Origin: the human T2T-CHM13v2.0 reference genome, Homo sapiens
DNA: 64,000 nucleotides
Strand: one strand, 5' to 3'
NCBI RefSeq assembly: GCF_009914755.1
Contig: NC_060935.1
The translations under genes were made by a program, and so were the position numbers. This document shows, piece by piece, positions 37,785 through 52,099 of the stretch. The notes beneath the pieces are model-generated. The model had not been told where the DNA came from. It ran no database searches and was given only the letters and a program-made list of their open reading frames with translations. The stretch's first letter is position 1. Every line of letters starts with the position of its first letter.

Positions 37785-39419
37785 CTTTAGCATAGAGCAG
37801 AAGAACAGAGAGGGTTGGAGTATGGAGAGAATATCAGAGGGAAATGGGAAGGGATATGAATTGCCCACTGTATTTTGTAGATGAGAAAAAAGATTCCATA
37901 GAACTGGTGGTGAGAAATGTGGAGTTCAGGAAGTCATGAAGCAGGGACTTGGATGGTTCCTGGAGGAGGGGTCCTGCTTCCAAAGCTGCACTCTGAGATG
38001 TATAAGACGCTGGATAGACAATGACTGTGAGGTATCTCTATAGATGGGGCCTCATGGGAAGATGTTGAATCTTTAACTGTGACATTGCTGCTGCATTGCC
38101 TGAAAGCGCCCTAAAGACAAATGGAGCATATCTATGGTGACTTTGTGTTCCATGGGCTGAGGATTAGGCAGCTTCTTCTGTGCCAATGCCTTGGTTATTG
38201 GGGGTCCTCTAGAGCCATGATAGAGCCTGATGGAAGTGGGGAACACTTAAAATGACTGAGACATTTCAGTGACCCCACTATCTCAGAAGAATAGGAGCTC
38301 ACAACCATTCAAGTTGAATTGAAGAAATTATAGAAACTTTCATCACTTGCACAAACACTTTTGTGACTGGACTTCTCTACCTGTCACATACACAAAAAAT
38401 GAAGTCAATAAAAGAACGAAACAGAAAAAAATTAAGAGGTCCCTCTAAAGAGGGATTATAGTATAAAAATTCATCGAAAGTTTGTTTTTCCAGACCAATT
38501 TTAGTTTTCCATATGTAGTACTGGAAAAGCCAAAGACCACATATTTATTTCATTTAGTGATAGTAGTGTTAAAATAATGTTAGGGTTTATTAAATCCAGC
38601 ACATATATCTTAGGGAGACTATCAAAGCTCATTTACCTTGAAATTTCATGATGAAAATAAGTCTGAAAGACATGTCTAGTGTTTGATTGTTTTGTTGGGT
38701 TTAAGTGGGAGTTCCTTTTTATTCCTACATGTGTTATAAAGGACCTGAACCACTTTGGCTGTTGCAGAACAACCAGGATCAATGATGGAGCTTGCCCCTA
38801 GGGTGTTTGTGAACAAACCTATTAAGTACTGTGTTGCCCTTGACCCAAATTCATCATAAAAGCCTTGTTAATATTTCTGTACACTCTATTGTTAGATTTG
38901 TGCATTCAGAATCACAATAAGGCTTTCTCATAAAGGAGTTTCATTAAGGATGCTTTAGCGCTTACAAAATTGTTGAGGCTGGTCTTGCAGCTCCACTCTA
39001 TCCACATTCAGGTCATACAATGAATGGACATTTCTCTTTAACAACCAGTGTTTTATCTTATATTCTTTATTTCTATCGTAAAGACATGGTACATGCATAT
39101 CTATCTATCTATCTATTTAATCTATCTGTCTATTGTTATTTCTGTACTTTTTAGAAGTATAGTGAAGTGCCTTAAGATTTTTTCTTTTGCTAAGATAATT
39201 GAGAATATATACTAACTATTCTTTGGCCAAAATGAAAGCTATAAATTCTCATGGTTAAAGTCTAGTGTATAAATTCTACTGGTTGCAAGCTTTGATTATG
39301 TCACTTATTTACTCTGTGAATCAGAAAGCTATTTAAATTCTCTGCTTCTTCATCAGTATTCACTGTACATCCTCACAGAGTTGTTAAAGGATAAAGTGAC
39401 ACAGCGTACGTATATCAGT

Positions 39420-39960
39420 TTGAGTGAGTTTAGCTGAAAGAATTAAAAAAAAACAGAATAACATCAAATGACTCAACTGGCTTAAATGACAAATTCTCAC
39501 ATAAAACAATGACTGTGCGGACAGGTTTTTCAGAAATAGTTAATTCAGCTGCTCCATGAAATCCTCAGTGGAACAGATTCTTTCTAACTTTTTACTTGGT
39601 TATTTTCAGTATGATAGTTTTGGAACTTGATCTAGCTCCCCTCAAGATCTCAAAATGGTGAAGTTACTCCAAGCATCAAATCCTGACTTAACCATGTCCC
39701 AGAGTCAGAAGGGAAAAGAGATTTCCCTTTTCACAGTCCCTTTTTAAAAATAAGAGTAACTTTATTAAAAACCTCAACAGATTTATTGTCATGTCTCATT
39801 AACAAAAATAGTTTGACCTACCTATTCATAAAATATACCTTAGAAAGATAAATAGAATCAAGATTTATCCCCTGAGGCTTGGGCAGATCCCAGCTTCTTT
39901 TGTAGTACTTGGATAACTTACATCTAAACAAAATGTGGGTTTCTTTGTCAAGGAAGATGT
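39420..39960 (-). mobile_element. Old MLT1 LTR, preceded by a MIR at about 39250-39420
   Basis: actcaactggcttaaat…ttaattcagctgctc…caaaatgg…ccaagcatcaaatcc. Confidence 0.65.
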
Positions 39961-39967
39961 GTGTGCC

Positions 39968-39970
<3 letters not shown>

Positions 39971-40003
<33 letters not shown>
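39971..40003 (+). repeat. (GT)16 microsatellite
   Basis: Direct reading. Confidence 0.97.
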
Positions 40004-40006
<3 letters not shown>

Positions 40007-40059
40007 TTCCATGTATGTGTAGATCCACAATTGTTAGAGTATATTAACAGCTTTGAAAA

Positions 40060-40800
40060 CATGTTTCAAGCTTAGGATTAATAAAAAGAAATGCAAATTA
40101 AAATGAAAATTAGATAGCAGTTATACTAAATTTATGTGTGTGACTATCTGTGTGTAGATATATGGATACACATATATAGATAGACATATATGTCAATCAC
40201 TCTTTTCTGGAGAAGGTTCAGGAATTCAGCACTTTCATATATCACTGATGAGAATGTAAATTGATACAACCTTTCTTGAGGCTAACTTGACGGTTTATAG
40301 CCAAAGGCCTAGAAATGTTTATTTATAGTAACTTATCCTAAGAAAACAATCAGTCACAATTATTTATGTAAGAAGACTTTCATTGTGGCCATTTATTCCA
40401 TTTATTATTTGTAAGAAAAAAACTGGAAGCAGCGTAAATATAAACTCATGGAAATTCGATTAAATAAATGACAATAAATCCATATAGTGGAACATAATGC
40501 ATATTAAAATAATGTTTAAAAGAATATTATGTGTCAATGGAAAAGTCTCATCATCTAACATGATTTAAGCAAGTATGTATTTTATTTTTCACTTCAAATA
40601 ATAAAAAATATGTATGAATACATATGCACATACACATGCAAGCACAGACACATAGAAACACAGACAGGAAATATCCTCACACTCCTTCCCAAATAAACAG
40701 AGAACAGAGGGTATCTCTGAGTGAATGGTTAAACATGATACTTTTTCTTTATACTCTATATATTTTCTAAATTTTCTGTAGAAAGAAATATAAGACAATG
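40060..40800 (+). mobile_element. L1ME-type 3' fragments
   Basis: agaaatgcaaattaaaa…ctgatgagaatgtaaattgatacaacc…ttatcctaagaaaacaatc…attaaataaatg. Confidence 0.7.
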
Positions 40801-41087
40801 AACCTATATACATATTATTATGAGAAAAGTGTTATTAAAATATTAGAAAGCAGAAAATGCTAGACAAAGGTGACATTGAGTTTTTTTCCCCCCGAAGTCT
40901 CCTAAATGTTACCTCAGTAAATTAAAAAAATATATATTTATGACCTGGTAGGGATAATGTCTTTCATCTTTTATGACACAGATTATAGTTCTGAACTAAA
41001 GTGATTAAAAGCAATGGCTTTGCTTCATGTTCCTGGAGAATCTGCATGGCCAATATGGCAACTGAAGGCCACTTGCAATTATGGTGC

Positions 41088-41716
<629 letters not shown>

Positions 41717-42459
41717 GATGCTGTGTTCTTCCTGGCAGCTGATCTGATAGTGGAGTCCTACCACACTACCTCTCATAAGCTTTCTATGAAGGGTTTTCAG
41801 AAACAAGGCAGTTGGTCCAGATTTTTCTGGATCAGGGCCAAGACAAAGAGAGATACTAAGGGGAGCCTGAAAAGACCCAGTATTTCCATAGGAAAGCAAC
41901 CACTGAATGAGAATCAGGGAACATACATTCCGGTCTTCCCCCTACCACCAGCTCACTGAAAGTTATCATGTCAACATTTTTCTTGGACTTTGAAAGATTA
42001 AGGTTTAACTAGCTCAATGGTTTTCAGTCAGAATAACTTGGATTCTAAATAATCTTTCTTTTGAAAGAGTTCAGCTTCTTAAAAAAAAAGGATTATTTTA
42101 CAAACTATTACTTTTCTAATTCTATGATTCTGTAAGATATGGTTTCTGACCTCTAGGAGATTGTGGTCTCTTTGGGAGACATAAAATTTACATTTAAGTA
42201 GAATAATTTTATCAGGCATATAACTGAGTTCTAAATTGTGAGTTACAGGCATTAAATGCTATGGGAAAGAGCATTGGTACTGGGAGAAAGGACATTTATT
42301 ACTAACTGGTGGAGAGGAAATGTTTTCTATCCTTCCACGGGTGTCTGAAAGGGTTTGAATTTGATGTTAGGTGGGAGTGCATTGAGAAGTAATTGTGCCT
42401 GTTGCTTGAGAAATAGATCCATCTCCATTTTTATTGATCTACAATGTGAACTGGAGGTT

Positions 42460-42800
42460 ACCTGTGTAGAAATGGAAAGAACACAGGGCTCTGAATCAGC
42501 CAGGCCTGGGTTTCTGCCCCAAGTAGGGTATTTATTCATAGCACCAACTCAAATCATCTTCAGAGAAATGGGCACATCTTCCTTCTAGAATCTTACAAGG
42601 AGTGAATGAGAGAATATTTGTAAAGTGCTTGGAAGAGAGCTCAGCATAGAGTAAACGCTCAATAACTGTTAGCAATTACTACCTCTACACATGAGGAATC
42701 TATGTTAAGGTGTGGGAGGTTGAGGAACTTGTCTACAGCTGTAGGCTAGTTGGTGGTGAGGCAGAGATAGGAAAGTCGACATTGTAACTCCATAGGCTCA
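42460..42800. mobile_element. MIR (+, about 42460-42680) followed by MIR (-, about 42690-42800)
   Basis: gggctctgaatcagccaggcctgggtt…gctcaataactgttagc; catgaggaatc…ggttgaggaacttg. Confidence 0.7.
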
Positions 42801-42894
42801 AAGATAGGATAGGATAGCAGGCTGTGTTAACTCCAGAAGCTCAAATATAACCTCCATCAGAGCTCTTTTGAAAATGTCTTTAAAATGCGAATGC

Positions 42895-43013
42895 AGACAA
42901 GATCGGGTGCATTCAGACCAAAATCTCAGAAATCACCACTGAAGAACCTATTCACGTAAGCAAGCACCTACTGTTGTCCAAAAACCTATTGAGATAATAA
43001 ATAAATAAATAAA
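42895..43013 (+). mobile_element. Very short 5'-truncated L1PB-type 3' end with (TAAA)n tail
   Basis: ccaaaatctcagaaatcaccactgaagaac…aaaaacctattga; 14-bp TSD taaaatgcgaatgc / taaaatgctaatgc. Confidence 0.85.
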
Positions 43014-43949
43014 TAAAATGCTAATGCGATGTGTTCAGCAAGCAATAGCCATTGTTAGAAAGAAAGAAATAGCTTGGGCTTGTGACCAAGTGAACCCATA
43101 TTTAACCCGCAGCTCTGCCTCTTACAAGCTTTGGAGTCTTGGGCAGATTCTTTAAGTGCTCCATGCCTCAGTTTATAACACCAAGAAAGACGATTGGGTT
43201 TTAAGGTTTGATCATGTGAAAGAAAGCCCAACCCAATGACTGAGTCCTAGGTGGTACTCAATATTGAAGCCCTAAGACCTGTTCACCATATTTCCTTTTT
43301 CTCCCTCACCTTACTAAGTAGCTCTTAAAGCACTTAAAAGAATAACAGGGCACCTTAAGATACATTTGGAAAGCCGCTTGCCTTGAGAAGCCCAGGCTGT
43401 GTAGACAGTGTTCAGACTGGGAAGATGAGCCTAGAATCAGATGCTTTAGGCTCATGAGTTAACAAGGAGATGATGTAGTGTAAAGTGGACTTCAAAACAG
43501 AGTTTATAACTACCAAGGAATACATTCCTTTAAGTCAAGAGAAATATCACCTTCCTAGAGTCATTAGTTTGTGAGTTGCTGTAGAACAGAGCTTTGGAAT
43601 GTGCTCTGTTAGCTCCCTTTAAAAATTTAACTTTGTTCCCTGAGAAGGGAAGCCCATTAAACTGCAAACACTTTTTGGCATTTATCAGTTCTGCTGGCTG
43701 GCATCTAGTTATTCCTTAAGGGTGGTCATAGGACAAATTGTTTTCAAGAGAAGACTGGTCTAGGTTGGACACAAGGATGGAGTCTTTGGCACTCAGGAAA
43801 TTTCCTTAGAGGGAATTCGCAACACACAGAGAGACAGGTAAAGAAAATAGCAAGTTTAATACAATTATAAAAAGGGTTTTTCTAGTTATAAAAATAGTAT
43901 ATTAATACTATAGTAACATTAAGAAATTTAGAAGAATAAGAAGAAAATA

Positions 43950-44206
43950 GGCTATATATGGTGGCTCACACCCATAATCTCAGCACTTTGGGTGGCCTAA
44001 GTGGGAGAATCATTGAGGCTAGGCATTCAAAACCAGCCTGGTCAACATAGCAGCAATCTGTCTCTACAAAAGAAAAAAATTTAAAAAATTAGCCAGGTGT
44101 AATTAGCCAGGCATTATGACATGGGCCTGTAGTCCCAGCTACTCATGAAGCTGAGGAAGAGGATTGCTTGAGCCTAGTAGTTCAAGGATTCAGTGAGCTA
44201 TGATCC
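43950..44206 (+). mobile_element. AluJ, 3'-truncated, embedded in old L1M (-) sequence
   Basis: ggtggctcaca…ggattgcttgagcc…gtgagctatgatc, then an abrupt switch to a GA-rich repeat. Confidence 0.88.
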
Positions 44207-44287
44207 GAGAAGAAGAAGAGGAAGAGGAGGAAGAGGAAGAAGAAGAGGAGGAAGAGGAGGAGGGGGAGGACAGGGAGGAGGAGGAAA
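44207..44287 (+). repeat. (GAA/GAG)n polypurine triplet repeat
   Basis: Direct reading. Confidence 0.95.
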
Positions 44288-45852
44288 ATGACGACAACCT
44301 CTATTAACATTTTGCATTTAGGAGTATTTATCTTATGTCTGTTTTCAATGCCTGCATTTGTAGTCTACATTGTGGAAATCACACTAATGATCAATATTCA
44401 ATTTTTTCTTTTTACTTATTTCATAAGCATTGCCCAAATTATAAGATTATTTGAAAGATATACTTGTTTATGGTTAAAAATATTCTCTCATATGGACATC
44501 TTATCATAGCTGTTACTACATTAGAGAAGTATTAACATCCAGTTGCCTCTCTGTCTTCATTTGTTTTTAACAGATGCATGCATTTTTTTTCTTTCTGTAT
44601 TATCATGATGATCATTGTTTTTCCTCAGTTTGGACAAAGAGTGCGTCACAGAACAAAAACTCAACCAGCCCAACACAGGGACTATGCATGCTTACGGACT
44701 CCTGGAGGGGAGCATCTTAGTTTGTCTGATGTTTTCTATTTAGGGACATTTTAGGGAAAAATAGGAGGTTAAAGAGCTCTGTAATCTTAATAAATATCGT
44801 GATGTTTTAAGGACCCCACATAATTATTTTACAGAAAAGCACGTTGTAACTAGACAGTGGTGCTCTAAAGTGAGTCTTTGCCTCATTTATGAGATGTGGC
44901 TTTCATATTTGTATTTTCTTACTGAATTATTTGTCCTTTAAAATTTGAAGAGTATTCCCTAGATGAATTAGCATTTTTCCCCCCTTTTGGCGTTTATTTT
45001 CCCATTCTCGTTGATAAGCAGACTATAGGGAAAGTATTAAAGTATTAGGAGTTTCAAATAGCTGGGATGTTAGAGACATATAAGGCATCAGAAATATCTT
45101 CAGATTAAAGCCATTTGATTCTGAATTTTGAGGAAGTGTTGAAGAAATGTGCCTGGAGAAATCTTACTTGTGAATCATCAAAATCTTTAGTATTTTTTCT
45201 CATTAGGAGAGCTATGTCACCCTCAAGCAGATCGTCCATTTAATTGGTTATAATAAAAATGCGGCATTGATTAGAAGAGGCAGACCTTATCCCTTACTAT
45301 CAGTGTGAGAGGGGGATGAAGGAACAATTATTGTCCCAGCCAGGGGAGTGTGGTAGTAAATGACTGTTACATCACGGCCACCCAGGCTGAGTGGTATACA
45401 GTACAGGGGAGGGAATCAAGTCAAGATTTACCCTGTAATGCTTTTCTTGGCCTCAAGCAAACTGTTTATTTTTTAGGACAGGTTGGAACAGCTTACAGCT
45501 TTGGAGCCAAACCCAGGAGGGATACCAGAGACTAGTGCCCTCTATCTATTTTTAGGATTTAGAAAACTGACAAGTTACAAAGTAGCACTCACATGTTGTC
45601 ATGCTTAGCTCTCAAACCAGCTGGAGTTCTGAATTTATTCAACCTCTACTTGGACAAGATTTATTTTATTTTGACTATTCTTCTAGCTCCCTTTTCCTCT
45701 TGACTCTATTCTTTGGTGGATTATTATAGCTTTTCTCCTTAAATCTTGTTTTCTTTACCGTTTACATTTGTTTCATTATTGTGTGTATGTGTGTGTGTGT
45801 TGTTATTTATGGGTGAATCTAATAATGGTCTAAATGAGAGACTTAATGCCAT

Positions 45853-46586
45853 GAAACAGAAAATAACAGGTATTGGTGAGGATGTGGAGGAACTGGAACC
45901 CTCGTGCACTGTTGGCGAGCACGTAAACATGGTGTAGCCACCATGGAAAATAGTTTGGTGGTTCATCAAAAATTAAAAATAGAAAAAAATAGAAAATAGA
46001 ATTAAATGATCTGGCGATTCCACTTATGGGTATATACCCAAAAGAATTGAAAGTAGGGTCTTGAAGAGATATTTGCACACTCATATTCATGGCAGCATTA
46101 TTGACAATAAAGTGTGGAAGTAACTCAAGTATCCATCAATGAATGAATGGATATGCAAAATGTGATACAGACATATAATGGAATATTATTCCGTTTTAAA
46201 AAGGTAGGAAATTCTGATACATGCTATAATGTGGATGAGACTAGAGAACATCATCCTAAGGAAGATAAGCCAGTCAGAAATAGACAAACACTGCATGATT
46301 CCACTTATATGAAGTACCTGGAGTAATCAAATTCATAGAGACAAAATGTAAAATGGTGGTTGCCACAGGCTGGAGCAATGGGGGCATGGAAAGTTATTGT
46401 TAATGGGTATAGGGCATTAGTTTTACAAGATGAAAAGAGTTTTGGAGATGGATGGTGGTGATGGCTGTACAATATAAATGTGCTTAATACCACTGAATTG
46501 TGCACTGAAAAATGGTTAAGAGAGTAACCATTATGTTATGTTTATATTATTTATATTTTACTTCAACTAAAACATTGGGGAAAAAA
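45853..46586 (+). mobile_element. L1MB-type 3' end
   Basis: aaacagaaaataacaggtattggtgaggatgtggag…atgattccacttatatga…ttttacaagatgaaaagagt…aaaatggttaag. Confidence 0.9.
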
Positions 46587-47979
46587 TGCCACCAGGGGAA
46601 AGATCTCTTCCCATTAGTAAGTTATGCAAATGCAGTAGGTCTAATTTCTTTACTACCATAGGTATATGAAAGGATCACAGAGGAGAGTTTTTCAGATAAT
46701 GTCAGGCATCCACCTTTTTATTTTAATTTAATTTTTTTTAAGTTTATGGAATAAAATTTCAAATAGTCATCTGCTCGATGACTTAGGATTAGGTATGGAT
46801 GCTTGTTAAATCAGTAAACTCCAATCAGCCCTTCTCTATCCTGTGAGTATCTCTAGTACTGTCTTGTGGAATGAAGTGCATGGGTTTTACAGCCTCAGAG
46901 ACTCCTTTCACAGATTCTGGGTCATGGCTGTCTTCCTAAGAGATGAGGACGATAGAAGTCTGGCTATGGGATCTAATAAGGTTTTACTAATTTTTTTCTA
47001 TAAATGGAAAGCAAGGACTTAATGGTGATTACCTGGACAGTATCCCTTCTAGAAGAGGAACAGAGTTTTGGGTGGGGCACTTCACACACAGCATTTAGGA
47101 AATTCAGTACCCATGTCCCATGTCTGATAACAAGGCCTCCACATCTAAATCTACAGGGTAAACATGGCAACTCTAGAGTCAGGGACAGAAATATCTCTAA
47201 GCAACCAGGGAGTTGAAAGAGGCTTGCTTTTTTTCTTTCTTGTTACATCTATGGTATTACATTTTCCCTGCTGTTGATAAATAATTCAGATAAGAAAAGA
47301 ATATTAGAGCCATGACCTTTTGGAGGACAAATACATTTGCAATTGGTCCCCAAACACCCACAGGCTCTTGTGCGAAGGTCAGTATTTTGTATTTGTTAGT
47401 TGGCAGTATGTTCTTTGGGGCTTTGAAATCCATGGGCTTTGTTTCTGTAGCTAGAAGGAGAGTGAGGACTGCATGTATGAAATGCACAGACCTAATGGTG
47501 TCATCTTGTCACGGTCCCTAATTGGGCTGCTGAGCAACAGGTAATAGACTGGTGGGCATTAGTGGGCTGTGCAGCTTTTTTCAGAAGACGAGATTATCTG
47601 AGGATATTTTATGACATCATATAATTGATTTTCAACCTAAATAGATGTGGACTAGACTACCACACTGAGTATCTGGGGACATGCATGCTGATGTGGTGGG
47701 GGAGATGTCAGGATGCCTAATGCTGGAACTTTTGCCTCTTGCAACTAGGATGTGCATGCACACCTAACAATGCCACCTACCCGTTTGTTCACTTCTGAAA
47801 ATCATCTCTAATATGAGGATAATAATAATAATGATTTAATTTATATTATCTATAACAATAATTAAGAAGGTAGACTCTGGATATAGTTGTTTGGATTATT
47901 TATGTTTAGAAGCAATGTTATTATCCACCTATTAAGCAAATCATTTGTGTCAGCATTCACCATGAATGCTGAATATTTG

Positions 47980-48180
47980 GCAAGGAAATGCGGTAGAGAG
48001 GAAAGCATTTGGTATTGGGTATTAGAGAGACTATTTTAATCCAGACTAACATACTACATAGCCTCAGGCAAGTCATTTTAACTCTTTAGGCCTCAGTCAT
48101 CATCTGCAGCAGGAGATTTTTGGATTATAAATGGACTTTTAGAAGTACCATTAAGTGCTGACGTCTTTGAAGCCAAGATT
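47980..48180 (+). mobile_element. MIR (MIR3/MIRc-like)
   Basis: ggtagagaggaaagcatttgg…caggcaagtcattttaactctttaggcctcag. Confidence 0.6.
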
Positions 48181-48803
48181 CATGGCCTTTCATCTCTTCA
48201 TCCACAGTGCTTGCTACAATGATATGTACTTACTTGTTCCTTTTTTGTTTTTTTGTTTTGGGGGAGGGAGGCTTAAATATACATCTATAATCATTTGGAG
48301 CATTGCAATTTTGTTTGATTCATAAAACTTTATTGTAAGGGTCCCTTTTAGTTTTACACTTAAAACTTTTGAACAGATGTTTTAAAAGAATGTGTGAACA
48401 TCATTTTGACATATTTCTTTGGTGGTGTTTGTTTTGCTGAATATTGCATGTAACTTTTGCATACTGACTCAGGCCATAATGATGTTTTATTAACCACTAT
48501 TGACTTGTGACTTGGAATTGTCACACAAGTGATCAAAGAACCTTCCTTTGCACATCAGGAGATTTCTGAGGGAAAACTGGAGACACAGGTACAGGATGGA
48601 CAGCTGGTCTCCCCTTTGAAGTTCTTGTCATGCTGAGTTTCATACACGCTTTTGAACACTTGTTGGCAAATATCACCCCTCTGGCATTGACTATGCTGTT
48701 TGTTTAAACTGGTGCCCACAGAGCCAAGGCAGTAACATAGAGGCTCATGGTGCAATGATAACAGGTTCCAGTTGTGCCTTTCCTCAAGGATTAGCCTGTA
48801 TTT

Positions 48804-48869
48804 TGTGTGTGTGTGTGTGTGTGTGCATGTCTGTGTGTGTATTTGTATATGCACGCGTGCACACACACA
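48804..48869 (+). repeat. Compound (TG)n…(CA)n alternating purine-pyrimidine tract
   Basis: (TG)11 … tgcacgcgtgca … (CA)5. Confidence 0.85.
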
Positions 48870-48895
48870 GGGCAATGGGGAGGGTAATGTGGGAT

Positions 48896-50647
48896 TGTCA
48901 CGGGATCCTTGGGGTGTTGCCTCACCAGCTGGAAACCTCTGTGGCTGACGGAGCCTCCCGTCTAAGTATTGCTCAGGCCCATTGGGCTCGTTCCATCCTC
49001 TTGGCCCAGCAGGCTGTGCTTAGCTTATACTACTGGCTTGGATCCCACATCTGTCAAGGGTGAGCCAGGTACAGAGCGGTGAGGGATGTGTGAGCAAGTG
49101 AGCACACAGTCCAGGCACTGCACACAGCCAGGCATGCTGGCTGCTTTGGTGGGGCAAGCAGCTGCTGGCACAGGTGCTAGCTCCGTGTGAGGCTGCGGCT
49201 GGACCAGATGTACCACAAGTGGCTTCCACTGCAGGCACCTGAACAAGGGGAATACGTTGGTGCCCAAAAGCTTGGAAATGCCAGGAACCACAGAGCCCCA
49301 AAGAAGATGCTACAGCCCTGGCTCGGGGAGCCCCTAAATCTGGGCTCCCTGAAGGGTCGAAGCTCTTCTTTCCTTCTTGACATGGTGAGCAGTGGGGTGG
49401 GGGAGGGGAGTGTTAGAGGGGGTTCAGTGCATGTTTAAACCCTGTTTGCGTTGCTGCTCTTTCAGTCCTGCCATTTGATGGGTCCCAATTTCTTGTCCCG
49501 CATCCAGGATGAATGAAGTATGCAGACAACTGGAGGGTGAGCAAGGTGAAGAGGAGCTTTATTGAGTGACAGAACAGCTCTCAGGAGACCCGAAGTAGGT
49601 AGATCCTTTCTGCAGGCAGGTCATCCCAATGAGTATCTGGCCCTCAGTGGAGAGGAGACCCATAGTGCGGGTCTTAGACGGAAGTGAGGATAGATGGAAG
49701 ATGACCTTTCCACAGTCAGGTCATCCCAACAAGTGTCCAGCTTAAGAGAAGACCTGTGGTGGGTAGCTTCTTTCCTCAGGCAGGTCATCTTGATGAAGAG
49801 ACCCAAAGTGAGTAGCTCCTTCCCACAGCTAGTAGTCCTGACCTCTCTCTTTGAGTCTGGCTGAGTTTGAATTTTTATAGGCTCCAGAAGGGAGGAAGTA
49901 CATGCTGATAGGTCCATGGATGGGCCAAGATAAAGCACCGAAAGTTTTCATTCCAGTTGGCAGAACTGACAGCCCAGCCCCCAGGCTTCAGACTGTCCTG
50001 GTTTGAAGGTGAGGCTTCACCAGGGACCCACCACTTCCCACCCAGGAGCCTGTCTGCCTCTTGCCACCATCAACCTGCTGTCCCTGGCACCCAGGCTGTT
50101 CCTGCTGAGGGGTGCCTGCAGGCCCCCACCCAGCCATCCTCAGCATCCCTCTGGCCTCCTTCCCATGCTCATCAGTGCCCAAAGTCCAGAAGGGGCCCCA
50201 AGGTAGCATGGGACTGGTGTGTCAGTGCTGCCCTGAGCCCTCGCTCACCTGGTCAGGATGCAAAAGCACCCAGGTTTGGCCTCAACTTTGCTCCAAAATC
50301 AGAGCAGGACTCGGGAGCAGGGGTGGTGTGGGGCAGTTGTTGGGGGATGGGGCTTGGTGGGGGGGTGGGGGATGGGCTTTGAGAGCAAGCACTTCCAAGC
50401 CTTCAGGGGTACAGGGGCTTCCTAGGCCCTGAGAGCAAACGGAGGCCCGGGTTCACAACTGTGGCTGGGTGGCTGCAGCTGCACCTGGAGGGTGGGGCTC
50501 CTACCCCACCAACTCAGAAGTGGGCAGGGCTTCTGCCTGTTCCCAGCTCTTGCAGGCTCCATGGGGCACGTAGCCCCAGCCATGCCTCCTCCACTGCAGC
50601 TGATGTCTTTGCAGCAACCACTTTCAGACAGGCCGCAGCTGCCATCA
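48896..50647 (-). mobile_element. MER52-family (ERV1) long GC-rich solo LTR, 1752 bp
   Basis: Minus-strand start tgatggcagctgcggcctgtctg and end ccaaggatcccgtgaca; perfect 4-bp TSD ggat at 48892-48895 and 50648-50651; inserted at the 5' end of a MIR that continues at about 50648-50820. Confidence 0.9.
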
Positions 50648-51419
50648 GGATCATGAAAAGAGTGGGAACTAAATGCCAGAAGACCTGCATTCAAGTCTCC
50701 GCTTTGATATGGCGAGTTTTATGACTTTGGGGAAGACACTTTACATGACTATTGTCATTCTTCTTTGGCAAAGTGAGAGTGGAGACTTCTGTTTTAGTGC
50801 TTCTGAAAGTCTATGATTCTAAGTGGTGTGAATGACCAAGGAGGTCAGAAGAAAGGCAGCACTCAGGCTAGGATGACCAAAGAAAGCTTCTTTGAGTTGG
50901 TATCTCTGGAGCTGTGAAATAGGGTTTTGTCCTTATTGTTGTTGTTGTTGGGACTATAAGGATAGGAGAGTCTTCCTCAGTGGAAGGACAGGAAGGAGTC
51001 AAAGCATAGAGGAAGAAAGATCCAAGGCCTGTTTAGGCATCTTCTCTTTGGTGTGATGGCCTTTAGCCTTCACTGGGGATGAGAGCTCTTGAAAGGATGA
51101 CACACTCTTAACCAAACTCGTCTATGCTCCTTTGGCATCTTTGCTTTCAAATTCCTGATTTTAACAGTTCTGATAATCACTTATTCCACAGCAAATATTT
51201 TTTAATTTACTGTGCTTCAGATTCTCTTTTGTGCACTGAGGGTAGATGGAAGAGACAGAATCCCTGTCCTTTGTGCTTGGTTAGAACATCTGATCTATGC
51301 AGTTGGCATGGGTAGAGGAAGCCTTTTGGCACAGTTTTAAGTATCATTTGAGAGAGGCGTATATGCAACCCACAGTAATCTATTAAATAGAGCGTGCTTT
51401 GAAATGTAAAGTCCAAATG

Positions 51420-51670
51420 ATTGAGTATTGGAGGTATGACTGAATAGCATTTCGGAGCCAGCAGAACCATGTTTACTAGCTTAATGCACTTGTATGAATT
51501 ACTTAACTTTGCTGAAGTTTAATCTCTCATTTGTATAATGTGCATAATATTAGTATTTATAACATAGGGTGGTTTTAAGTATTAAATAATCAGTGTAAAA
51601 GACCGAATGCCTAGCATATAATAGGTGTGCAAAACATGCTAGAGTCACTGTTACTATTATTATAATTTCT
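51420..51670 (+). mobile_element. MIR
   Basis: ggagccagcag…ttacttaactt…catagggtggtttt…atgcctagcatataataggtg. Confidence 0.7.
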
Positions 51671-52099
51671 GTTATTTTTGTTTTTCACTTAATGTTGAAC
51701 ATGGAATCACAGTATTGCTTAAAAGTGGGGAAAAGCACGCTATCACCTTTATCATTGTGATATTTACTGCTTTCTCTTAAACTCACAGAGTTCCTTGGTT
51801 GTTGGGAACATGTAGATCATAAGAGCAATCTATTTATAGCTTTTATGACAGCATCCATTTGTGGCTTCCTTGCATTTTAGGAAGGAAAAAATATATATCC
51901 TCTTAGGTATGATGATGATTATATTTCTTAGGTATAGATAGACATGTCCTATGGATGTTAACTCATGAAGAACTCAGGCAGAGAAGTGTGTAATTGTCTG
52001 GTGCAGTACAGATACCCAGAAAACTGAGGAAGATGATTCAGGAGGCGTTTTGTTTATATGACCAGATTTACCAACTAAATGGAGGATGCAATTCATGAT

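Noticed and set aside
48755-50724. Dense cluster of overlapping ORFs
   Set aside because: The GC-rich MER52 LTR has few stop codons; there is no coherent protein similarity.
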